Assembly: GCF_017876815.1 (NCBI RefSeq)
Contig: NZ_JAGIOS010000001.1
Span: 2,520,001-2,552,000 of the forward strand
Source: Sinorhizobium meliloti
GTDB taxonomy: Bacteria; Pseudomonadota; Alphaproteobacteria; Rhizobiales; Rhizobiaceae
Length of the DNA stretch: 32,000 nucleotides
Direction: 5' to 3'
The translations under genes and the position numbers were made by a program. Positions 16,647 to 24,583 of this stretch are shown here, one piece after another (within the stretch, counting starts at the first letter, position 1; each line of letters starts with the position of its first letter). A model generated the notes under the pieces. It worked only from the letters and a program-made list of their open reading frames with translations. It did not search any database and was not told where the DNA came from.

Positions 16647-17842
16647 CGCTCGACGAAATCAAGAAACAGTATCCCGGCATCACCCGGTGGGAGGACCGCC
16701 TCGGCAAATTGCGCTGGCGGTTCCAGAAAAAAGGGATGAAGACGACTCTGATCCCGGTCGGCATCGAGCCGGGGACGAAAGCCTTCGACGTCGCTTACCG
16801 AGCGATCATTGAGAACCGCGCACCGCGCAAGGCCGACGTCGTGGTCGATATCCCCAACAATGCGTCATTGCCCGAAACCTTCAACGCTGGTTGGAAGCTC
16901 GTCTTGAAGTCACAAGCGTGGCGCGATCTCGCTCCAGCGGGCCAAGCGAAGCCGGAACGCATGGCGCGAGAATTCTTGGCCATGCCAATTGTCGTAGGTG
17001 AGAAGCTGACATGGGGTGACGTTCCGGTCGCCGACATGACTTACGAGGATCTGGAACTGCTAATCGAGCGCTGGGAGGTCACGCCGTCGAAGCCGTGGCA
17101 CATGAAGGTAATGCTCAAGAAGATCTTCTTTGAGGCCCGCCGTAAGGGATGGCGCAACGACGATCCGACCGAGCTTGTCAAATGGAAGCGTGGCGGCGGC
17201 AAGAAAGGCGGCTACATCGGCTGGAAACGGTGGCCGGAAGAAGTCTGCCTCCAATTCGAGGCCCGCCACAAGATCGGTTCGGCGGCGCGCACCTGTTATG
17301 CTCTCGCCAAATGGATGGGTGGTCGCCGGGGCGATATTGCCCGGATCGCATGGGACCAGCTGATCACCGTCGAGATCGACGGTGAGGTCGTCGAAGGCTT
17401 CGAATATGAGCAGCACAAGCAAGTCCATAGCGACGAGGACATGACTCAGTTCCGACCGATGACTTCGATGCTCGCCGAGGCGCTCGCACCGCTTGATCGA
17501 TCTTTAGGGGGCACAGTCTTGAAGACAGCCTATGGCAAGCCGTTCTCGGAAAAGAGCCTGACCGGGATGATGGCGCATTGGTGCAAGCAGGCTGACATCC
17601 CGGTCTCGAACAGAAAAACCGGTGAGGTTGGCTACACGCTGCACGGCCTGCGCAAGAGTTATGCGACGATGGTCGCCGAGAGTGGTGCCAGCTTCCAGCA
17701 GCAGAAAGACATGCTCGGCCATACCACCATGCAGCAGGTGGCGCTCTATGCGAAGGGCGTCGACAAACGCAAGACAACGGCGGCAGGCAGTCGCCTACTT
17801 GAGGAAAAGCATGGTCAGCCGCGCCTGCGTCTCGTCAAATAA
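16643..17842 (+). CDS. int: Tyrosine recombinase (phage integrase)
   Basis: 399 aa. C-terminal catalytic pattern: GGRRGDI (Arg), HGLRKSYAT (H-x-x-R), LGHTTMQQVALYAKG (His...Tyr). Confidence 0.9.
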   Translation: MTLDEIKKQYPGITRWEDRLGKLRWRFQKKGMKTTLIPVGIEPGTKAFDVAYRAIIENRAPRKADVVVDIPNNASLPETFNAGWKLVLKSQAWRDLAPAGQAKPERMAREFLAMPIVVGEKLTWGDVPVADMTYEDLELLIERWEVTPSKPWHMKVMLKKIFFEARRKGWRNDDPTELVKWKRGGGKKGGYIGWKRWPEEVCLQFEARHKIGSAARTCYALAKWMGGRRGDIARIAWDQLITVEIDGEVVEGFEYEQHKQVHSDEDMTQFRPMTSMLAEALAPLDRSLGGTVLKTAYGKPFSEKSLTGMMAHWCKQADIPVSNRKTGEVGYTLHGLRKSYATMVAESGASFQQQKDMLGHTTMQQVALYAKGVDKRKTTAAGSRLLEEKHGQPRLRLVK

Positions 17843-17908
17843 TAAGTAAGAGCGACCTGCCGAACCGCGCAATCGATTGCTCGGGCAGGCTGCTGGATGG
17901 AGCGACGA

Positions 17909-18439
17909 ATGAAAACCTATCTGGCACTCATCCAGCCCGGAGACGAGTGCCGTGCGCATGGTGTTACGTTCCCCGATCTGCCCGGTGTGCATTCAGCTGC
18001 CGACGACGAGAACGACATTCTCCCGCAAGCCATCGAGGCGCTGCAATTGTGGGCCGAGGACATGGACATGCCGGAGCCTTCGGACGTGGCCACCGTTACC
18101 AGCCTGAAGGAAGTGCGCGAGCGGCTCAACGCTGGCCACTATCTCATCGCCATTCCGTTCATCGAGAACGACACCGCTGTTGTGCGCGTCAACGTCACCT
18201 TCGAGCGCGGTCTGCTTAGGGCAATCGACAAGGCGGCGAAGGATCGCTCTCTGACCCGCTCGGCCTTTCTGGCCAATGCCGCGCGCCGCGAGATCGAAGG
18301 CGCGCACTACACAATCTATTCAAATAGACGGCGCAATTTTAATCGCCGACCAGCTACGGCAGACGCCGCAGTTATTAGAAAACCCGCACGAGAAGATACG
18401 GGATGCGGCGAGAAAACCCGAGAACAAATAGGGAAATGA
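17909..18439 (+). CDS. hicB: HicB-family antitoxin (HicB_lk N-domain plus RHH), with a ~45-aa non-homologous C-terminal tail
   Basis: MKTYLALIQPGDE..HGVTFPDLPGVHSAADD...VVRVNVTFERGLLRAIDKAAKDRSLTRSAFLANAARREIE. HicB proteins normally end about there; here the ORF reads on into AT-richer repeat DNA. No hicA is visible. Confidence 0.75.
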   Translation: MKTYLALIQPGDECRAHGVTFPDLPGVHSAADDENDILPQAIEALQLWAEDMDMPEPSDVATVTSLKEVRERLNAGHYLIAIPFIENDTAVVRVNVTFERGLLRAIDKAAKDRSLTRSAFLANAARREIEGAHYTIYSNRRRNFNRRPATADAAVIRKPAREDTGCGEKTREQIGK

Positions 18440-18478
18440 GCGTTAGAAAACCTGAAAGGTTTCAAAACGTTAATTGGG
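18377..18478. repeat. Three direct AGAAAACC-headed units at exactly 34-bp spacing
   Basis: AGAAAACC at 18377, 18411 and 18445. Units 1 and 2 share further similarity (AGAAAACCCG..GAGAA.A.ATA.GGGA). Units 1 and 2 lie inside the HicB tail, and unit 3 lies after the stop. Confidence 0.6.
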
Positions 18479-18502
18479 CCCTCCGGGCCCACCATTTATT
18501 TT
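18476..18502 (+). terminator. Candidate rho-independent terminator
   Basis: GGGCCC-TCC-GGGCCC hairpin (18476-18490) followed by ACCATTTATTTT, 37 nt after the hicB stop. Confidence 0.4.
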
Positions 18503-18643
18503 CAGTATGTGATGATGAATGGCGGCATTCCAATCTCCGTTTGTCGTTGCATCAGCGGGAACGATGAATGTGGGCCGATTCGCAACCTAAGAACGACCTT
18601 CGTGAGAGTTGCACTCGAAACTCACAGGGATTGGGGATAACCG

Positions 18644-18955
18644 GTGAGACCTCAGCCGCCTCATTCTCTCTTCGCTGACATCAACTCTCCGGCCTTCGTC
18701 CCGGCTGAAGACATGCCTGAATGGATAGAGGCAACCTTCCTCGATCCGTCGTCTCCGCTCCGCAAAGAGGAGCATGCGCACCTGGCCCACGCCGAGATCT
18801 TCACCATCCGCGGCCATGACGTGGAAGAGCTCTTGGGTGTCGTTTGTCGCTATGGGGCAGACGCTGCTGATGTCCGAGCGATCGTCGATGCAGCCAACCA
18901 GCCGCCAGTGATCGCGAGAGGGCAGATCGCCATGCTTGCGGCACCTGCCAGCTAA
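18644..18955 (+). CDS. Hypothetical protein (GTG start), possibly an N-terminal fragment of a larger gene
   Basis: 103 aa with reasonable codon bias. PEWIEATFLDPSSPLRKEEHAHLAHAEI vaguely recalls N-termini of phage/ICE proteins that I cannot name with confidence. Confidence 0.35.
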   Translation: MRPQPPHSLFADINSPAFVPAEDMPEWIEATFLDPSSPLRKEEHAHLAHAEIFTIRGHDVEELLGVVCRYGADAADVRAIVDAANQPPVIARGQIAMLAAPAS

Positions 18956-18963
18956 GGGTGGCC

Positions 18964-19617
18964 TTAGGTCAGAGGTATTCTAAGGTTTGGCCCTTCTGGC
19001 CGTAGCCGAAGACTCGGAATCCACTTTCGGTCTCTTCCCCGGGGAGGTGAATCGCCTTTAGGGGCAAGCCTTGATCGCTGTCTCGGTGAGCGGGACTCTG
19101 AGCGGTGATGTCCCACCCCGAAGTTGCTGGCATATCGACCCGTTTGAAAATGATGGAACCACTCTCGGTCATCGCCGGAGTAGTGGCCATTGACGTCCTT
19201 GCAACGCCAGAGCGGCGGCCGATCAAGCGCCTCCATCGCGAAGCGCAGTTCACCCCACTTCGTGTTTTTTATTACGGGATGTAGCGGATACACTGATTTC
19301 GCTTCGCGTGAAGAGTCGACCGCGCCGGAGACTGATAGAGAAATGGCAAAGGAAGATTCAGCAAAGAGGTGAAGACCGTCATCGTGCAATGCTCGCCTGC
19401 TTCGACACGCCTTAGAACGCGTCGATGCGATCAGGAAGGAATACGGCGGACGATCACGCAGTCTGTAGAAGGCTACCAGCCGACGAAGAAGGTCGGCAGC
19501 AACCCGGCAGCGAAGTGGAAGGTGCTGCTCGAAGACCCGCAAGATCTTCAGATCTTCCTCGCCATCAGCCATAGCGGTTCGCCTGCTCGCTCCAACGCAA
19601 GGCAGAGAACCGGGCAA
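18964..19617 (-). pseudogene. Ambiguous or decayed coding region (frame conflict)
   Basis: The 217-aa ORF has an Arg/Ser/Pro-rich, implausible tail. A second minus frame (18969-19253) reads more protein-like at the 3' end. A plus-strand frame has higher GC3 around 19440-19570. No motif recognised. Confidence 0.25.
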
Positions 19618-19667
19618 GGTGCCGCGGCGTCATTGCTTGAGCATGCCGGCAATGAAGGAGGAGACAG

Positions 19668-21554
19668 CTACACACCCAGGTTTATGTTCATGGACACGGA
19701 ATGGGGTTCATACTGCGATATGACACAGACGAAATCCACTGACCCGTTGCCATTCGTACCCGCAAGGCCGAAGCCAAGCCGCGGATAGAAATCCGAAACC
19801 ATTGCGTTGCGCTCTGTTGGTATATAGCGCCCGCGAATGCTGACCACACCGGCAGACACCGCCTCCTCGATCAGGCTGTTCATCAAGCCCTGTTCAACGC
19901 CCCGCTCAAGGACGCGGCACGATTGCAGCCAGGTGTCGATCTCCCATTCGGACCCCTTCTTGATGACAATGACGACTCCGATCGTGCCGTGCTGCGCAAA
20001 CTTATCGTCGAGCCTTATCTGCCAACCGATAAAATTTGGGTCTCCCTGCATGCGCCGAACGTCTTCATCGTTGTAGCGGCGCGTGGTGAGGTTGAACTGG
20101 TTGGACTTGTTGATGAGTTGAACGATGCGCGGACGGCCTACCTCGTCGAAGGGTGAGATGGTCATCCGCATCTCTAGGGACTTCAGATACTCCTCATAAT
20201 TGCCTACCCGCGCGCGGATCTCCGCAACTGCCGCACGCCCCCCGTAGCTGTTTGCCCGCGCCAGATCGTCGCAGTTCAGCGGCAGATGGTCGAAAAGACC
20301 TGAACCCGCGACGCGATCGATGAAGAAGGACGGATCCTCGCCTACCTCAATTGTGGAAACGAGCGGAAGCTCCCGTCGGACGCGTTCGCGTTCGGCAGGA
20401 TTGTCGTCAACATAGGCAAGTGACTCAAGACCGAGACCGAGTTTTTCGGCGATCGCACGAATATTAGTGGCCTTGTCGTCCCAATTGGCCTGAAACACGG
20501 CGATGTGCTCTTCTTTTAATAGCATATCAGGGTGCCGCCGGAACGGCTCACGCGCAACGGCATCGGTGTTTTTCGAACAGACGGCGAGGACTACTCCGCG
20601 TTCCCTGAGCCCCAGGACGAAGTTTTGGAACGCGATGAAGGCCTCTCCCTCTGCCGAATTCTGGCCGATCCGGATACCAGCAAGGCCGTCGTCACCAATG
20701 ACGCCGCCCCAAAGGGTATTGTCGAGATCGAGCACGAGGGCGCGGGCGCTCTTGCCGGACTTGGCCGCGAGGAGAGAAGCAATGTTGTCCGCCGCCAGTG
20801 GGCAGAGCTCAACATTGAAGGGCACCTTCGCCGAATGATAGGCCACCGGGTCGAACCAGCGCTCAATGCCGATCCGTGAAGCAAGGGCGGCTTGGTCCCA
20901 CATCAGCCACCGCCCCTCAGCAGCGCCATCACCAAGCATCATGTTGACCCGCAGCCGGAACCGGGCGATCGAACCCGGCGTTGCGATGTCTGCGGAGGTC
21001 AGTTGTATGCACGGCGGCAGCGTCGCAATGATTGCCGGGCATCCGGTCTTCGATCGCGCCGCCTCGGCGATCGCGGAAGCGATCCTTTCGGCCTCAAGCA
21101 CAGCCTCATCCTCCGCGACCCTGTCCAGCAGTGGCCTTTCCCCGTGAAGGGCGCTCTCATCCAGAACGGCAAGCACGGCATCGAGTCCTCGCTCGAAACA
21201 ATTTTTGGCGGAGAAAGCGAAGCCAGCTACCCCGTCGTATGGCGCTTCATGCGCCGAGACGAGGAGACCACGCGCCAAACCTGCCGCACCCAAGGGATCG
21301 CAGAGATAGCTCAGCGTCCGGTTTCCGAGGAGGCCGAGTTCGATGCGGGTGAAGCCGTTTCCCTTAATTTTGCCCAGCCGCTTGCCGAGGCGCTCGATCC
21401 TGAGCTGTTGGCGTGGGCCCAACTGCTGGTTGGCCACCGATCTGGTGGCGGCGTAGTCGGGCATTTCGCCGCCGGCGGCAATTGCCTCGAGCTCGGCCAC
21501 GCGTGCGGCCCAGTTCTCCTCAAGCGGCCGTCTCCACGGAAAGAACGTGTTCAT
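19668..21554 (-). CDS. FkbH-like HAD-IIIC phosphatase/acyl-loading protein (HAD domain plus C-terminal GNAT-like FkbH domain)
   Basis: 628 aa. HAD motif I LVLDLDNTLWGG, motif II VCSKN, motif III/IV KATNI...VDDNPAER. FkbH-domain signature NKSNQFNLTTRRY and LQSCRVLERGVEQ. About 270 aa at the N-terminus are unassigned. Confidence 0.85.
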   Translation of the reverse strand: MNTFFPWRRPLEENWAARVAELEAIAAGGEMPDYAATRSVANQQLGPRQQLRIERLGKRLGKIKGNGFTRIELGLLGNRTLSYLCDPLGAAGLARGLLVSAHEAPYDGVAGFAFSAKNCFERGLDAVLAVLDESALHGERPLLDRVAEDEAVLEAERIASAIAEAARSKTGCPAIIATLPPCIQLTSADIATPGSIARFRLRVNMMLGDGAAEGRWLMWDQAALASRIGIERWFDPVAYHSAKVPFNVELCPLAADNIASLLAAKSGKSARALVLDLDNTLWGGVIGDDGLAGIRIGQNSAEGEAFIAFQNFVLGLRERGVVLAVCSKNTDAVAREPFRRHPDMLLKEEHIAVFQANWDDKATNIRAIAEKLGLGLESLAYVDDNPAERERVRRELPLVSTIEVGEDPSFFIDRVAGSGLFDHLPLNCDDLARANSYGGRAAVAEIRARVGNYEEYLKSLEMRMTISPFDEVGRPRIVQLINKSNQFNLTTRRYNDEDVRRMQGDPNFIGWQIRLDDKFAQHGTIGVVIVIKKGSEWEIDTWLQSCRVLERGVEQGLMNSLIEEAVSAGVVSIRGRYIPTERNAMVSDFYPRLGFGLAGTNGNGSVDFVCVISQYEPHSVSMNINLGV

Positions 21555-21592
21555 AAAGCCGTGCCTCCCCGCGCCGGGGCGTTGATGATCGA

Positions 21593-21841
21593 TCAGTTCT
21601 GCTTGCGCTTGACCACGGCATCGATAAGGCTGCCGAGGTTCTTGAAACCTTGCACCTCAGCCGTGCTGAAGCGGACTGCGAGCTCCTGCTCGATCAGAAC
21701 CATCAGTCTGACATTGGACAGGCTGTCCCATTGCGGAACGTCGCGGGCCGTCGTCTCCAGCGTAATCGGGCCGTCGTATTCATCGAACAGCTCACGGATC
21801 ACGTCTGCGACTTGAGATAGATAAAGTTGATGGTCAGACAT
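21593..21841 (-). CDS. Acyl carrier protein
   Basis: 82 aa. The phosphopantetheine attachment motif WDSLSNV (DSL) sits at the start of predicted helix II. Acidic, ACP-sized. Confidence 0.85.
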   Translation of the reverse strand: MSDHQLYLSQVADVIRELFDEYDGPITLETTARDVPQWDSLSNVRLMVLIEQELAVRFSTAEVQGFKNLGSLIDAVVKRKQN

Positions 21842-21901
21842 TTGTTCAACCTTGATTTGACAGCAGTATTTGGCCGTCGACAGCGCTATGCGGTGCGCGA
21901 T

Positions 21902-23131
21902 TCATTTCCTTGCAGTTCGTTCGAGATAACTGTTTCGAAGCCGATAATTCTTCACCTCGGTCCGGATACGGCGCTCATAGGCCTCGACGTCTGCCGCGGT
22001 AAGCCTGTTTTCGCCCGTCGAAAGTGACGTAAGCGTTCGCCTGAGTAGCCCCGGGTTATAGACGTGCCCAGGATCACGAAAGTTGCCGAGGTCACCGGCA
22101 ATCCTGGGGTCATCATCCCATGCAAAGACGCGCACATTTGGCAGGGTGTCTATCGATTTGACAAAGCACCGCCGCGACAGCAGCACCTCATCCAGCAACG
22201 TCGCGCTTATGTCGCTCATGCGAAAATAGTAATTGGCGTAGGAGAGGATGGGCATGATGACGTCGACCTGCGCGCCCTTCTCGACGAATTTCCGAATCCT
22301 CGGCACGAGCTGCTCATTCACGGCATTGAAGCTCGCACACGTCCTGCCGCTCGGGGCGTCAACAACCGACCGATACTCTTCGATCAGGGCCTGCAGTTCA
22401 GCCATTTGGGCGGGCATCTGAAAGGACCGGTATTGCCTCTCCGTGAACTTGGCGTACCTTTTGTCGTCTTGCGCTTCGTAGCTCGTTTCTCCCAACAGGA
22501 CCTTCCATGTACGCCGCAACGATTTCAGGTCGACCATTCGGATGTCGTCGCTGATTTCCTCGTCATAAAGATACTCCGGAAAGCCCTGACGCATCTTTTC
22601 CGGGTCGAGAATGTACATCCAGTCAAACGTGATGATGATCCGTTTGGCTTGCGCGTTGATGGCGAGTTGATCGAGAACGATGTCGCGGTCCAGCGGTCGC
22701 GGCCCGCCATAGCTGAGATTGTAGGCTACGACACTTCCGCCCAGCGCTGAGGATATGTCATCGGGGGAATACATGGCCGTGGTCGAGCCGCCGACAAGAA
22801 ACGTGTTGATTCCCGATTGCTTCGACACGACGTCTACCCACCGCACGACGACATCGCGCGGGACGTCATTGCGCGTCAGTTTGAGCCTCGCTCCCCAGCG
22901 GTAGATGTCGTATGGATCCGTCGCAATGACGATCGTCACGATCGAAAGATACCCCAGCCAGACAAGGCAAAAGGTCACGATCATTGGAAGGGCGGCGCGC
23001 CAGCGTGGCGAGAAGCTTGGTTTCTTGCGGAGCGTGCCCCTCCGGCCATGCACATGCTCCGCTCCCATCCACCGACCTGCGGCCGACGGTAAATGTGGAT
23101 TTGTCGACGCGACAAGCATCTTTCCGATCAT
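21902..23131 (-). CDS. Membrane-anchored DltD/AlgJ-like (SGNH-like) protein
   Basis: 409 aa. One N-terminal TM helix (AALPMIVTFCLVWLGYLSIVTIVIA). Candidate nucleophile in FLVGGSTTAMY and candidate D-x-x-H in FRDPGHV near the C-terminus. Only 3 nt after the MBOAT stop. An alternative later start is possible. Confidence 0.6.
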   Translation of the reverse strand: MIGKMLVASTNPHLPSAAGRWMGAEHVHGRRGTLRKKPSFSPRWRAALPMIVTFCLVWLGYLSIVTIVIATDPYDIYRWGARLKLTRNDVPRDVVVRWVDVVSKQSGINTFLVGGSTTAMYSPDDISSALGGSVVAYNLSYGGPRPLDRDIVLDQLAINAQAKRIIITFDWMYILDPEKMRQGFPEYLYDEEISDDIRMVDLKSLRRTWKVLLGETSYEAQDDKRYAKFTERQYRSFQMPAQMAELQALIEEYRSVVDAPSGRTCASFNAVNEQLVPRIRKFVEKGAQVDVIMPILSYANYYFRMSDISATLLDEVLLSRRCFVKSIDTLPNVRVFAWDDDPRIAGDLGNFRDPGHVYNPGLLRRTLTSLSTGENRLTAADVEAYERRIRTEVKNYRLRNSYLERTARK

Positions 23132-23134
23132 GGC

Positions 23135-24412
23135 TTAAAATCCCTGATAGAGGAAAGGCGGCTGCCGCGAGACATAGTGCAGCGACGAGATGGTGAGGAT
23201 GGCGGCAAAAGCAGCCCAGCCCCAGGAAGGTCGCCAAATGCTGCGCAGGAACGCGAAGCCGTAGCTCTCGTTTTCATAGGTCATCATGGCCGGCCGATAG
23301 CGGCGCATCAGTTCCACGGCGTTTGGCATGAGATAGATGATTGAAAATGCACAGAACAGCATGAGCACGGGCTCACGCATTTCGAAGGCCGATGGGGCAT
23401 CGAGTGATGCGCCGAACATCTGCGCATAAAGATGAAACGCGGCACCGACGCTTTCGGAGCGGAACATCGCCAGGCTGAAGCAGATCAGCATAAAGAATAT
23501 GACGCGTTCCACCAGCAATCGGATGAACGGCGATGTAACCTTGCACATGCGCTTGTATTTCTTGCTGCCCCTTATCTGCGCCTCGGCCGCAGACCAAACG
23601 CCTTGCATCAGGCCGAAGGCCACGAAGGTCCAGGCGGCGCCATGCCATAGGCTGAGAACCTGAAAGTTGATTAGCATCGGCAGCCAGAGGCCGAGGATCT
23701 GTGTCGGCAGCGGTGAAAGCCGATGCACCGCGCAGTAGCGCGTCCCCGCGATTGAAAGCGGCGTAAATAGGAAACGCGCGATCACGCGCGTCAGAGTCAT
23801 GTTCCAGCGCCGGTAGTAATCGAGGATACCATTGGCTTTGAACGGCGAATAGAAGTTGAGCGGGTATCGCAGACCAAACATGCGCGCGAGGCCGAGCGCC
23901 ATGTCGGAATAGCCTGAAAAGTCAAAATAGAGCTGCGCCATGTAGGAGAGAGCGCCGATCCAGGCATGTGCGGGATCCATCACCGCTCCGGCTCCCGCAG
24001 CACCAAAGACAAGATCGACGGTTGGTGCAATATTGTCGGCGATGACGACCTTCTTGAACATGCCGATCGAGATAAAGGCGAGTCCCACGGCGATATCGAG
24101 GGGGTCAAAACTGATGAACTTCCTGGATTTTACCTGGGGATGGAATTCGTGCAGATAGGTAATTGGGCCGATAATCAACTGCGGAAAGAAGCTGACGAAA
24201 GCGCCATAACGGCAAAACGCCCAAAAACCGGACCTCAACGAACGAGTCCCTTCGAAAAATTCGACCACGCTCTTTTCGCGAACATAGGCATCCGCCAGAA
24301 AGGCCGCCTGATGGAACGTGTAGAATGAAATACCAGCCGGTATCGCCACGCCGGCAATATCGGTCAGGAAGTCACTATTTTCGCCAAGGAGAACTGTAAC
24401 GATCTTGTATTT
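23135..24412 (-). pseudogene. MBOAT (AlgI/DltB-like) O-acyltransferase, C-terminal fragment, separated by an IS21 insertion
   Basis: KIVTVLLGEN...GISFYTFHQAAFLADAY...YFDFSGYSDMALGLARMFG...YYRRWNMTL...LSLWHGAAWTF (MBOAT catalytic His motif). The 507-aa track ORF (to 24658) is a chimera that reads on into the IS end. Confidence 0.85.
24406..24412. repeat. Target-site duplication, left copy (TGTATTT)
   Basis: Identical 7-mer at 27011-27017, immediately outside the TG...CA termini of the IS. Confidence 0.8.
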
Positions 24413-24510
24413 TGCAAATTCCGAGGCAATCCGCCCCCTGATTCCGAAATGATCTCGCCCCCCAATTCCGAGAAATAGTCGCCCCCTGATTCCGAGATGA
24501 TGCCGCCCCC
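24413..24510. repeat. IS21 left-end multiple terminal repeats (about 4 units)
   Basis: Units of the form ATTCCGA(R)..AT..CGCCCCC repeat four times: AAATTCCGAGGCAATCCGCCCCC, TGATTCCGAAATGATCTCGCCCCCC, AATTCCGAGAAATAGTCGCCCCC, TGATTCCGAGATGATGCCGCCCCC. Confidence 0.8.
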
Positions 24511-24583
24511 ATCGGAAAGCATCTGGCGTGGGTGTTCTGCTGGTGTGAAGTTTCTTCCTTCGACGTGACGAGGAAGGAACGGG

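Larger units (their letters stand above)
1..17842. mobile_element. Prophage, partial (minimum extent; continues left of the window, and the true right end probably lies between 17843 and ~18640)
   Basis: Lambdoid gene order: terminase/HNH, replication ATPase, divergent cro/cI-like HTH pair, exonuclease, excisionase-like protein, tyrosine integrase. Many 4-nt ATGA start/stop overlaps. Confidence 0.8.

Noticed and set aside
18471-18493. TTGGGCCCTCCGGGCCCACCA, which looked like a tRNA or tmRNA 3' end (att target)
   Set aside because: The loop is only 3 nt, there is no T-loop (GTTCRANYC) consensus, and no acceptor-stem partner or other tRNA arms lie upstream.
19602-19609. An extra GAACCGGG copy far from the phage repeat array
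   Set aside because: A single 8-mer in high-GC DNA is consistent with chance, and there is no paired inverted copy nearby.
19369-19788. A 139-aa plus-strand ORF
   Set aside because: Its 3' part overlaps the well-supported FkbH-like gene on the opposite strand. Only a central segment has coding-like GC3, and this is recorded in the finding on the ambiguous region instead.
24413-24510. Regularly spaced ~23-25-bp repeats resembling a tiny CRISPR-like array
   Set aside because: The same units occur inverted at 26936-27010. They are the multiple terminal repeats (IstA binding sites) characteristic of IS21-family ends.
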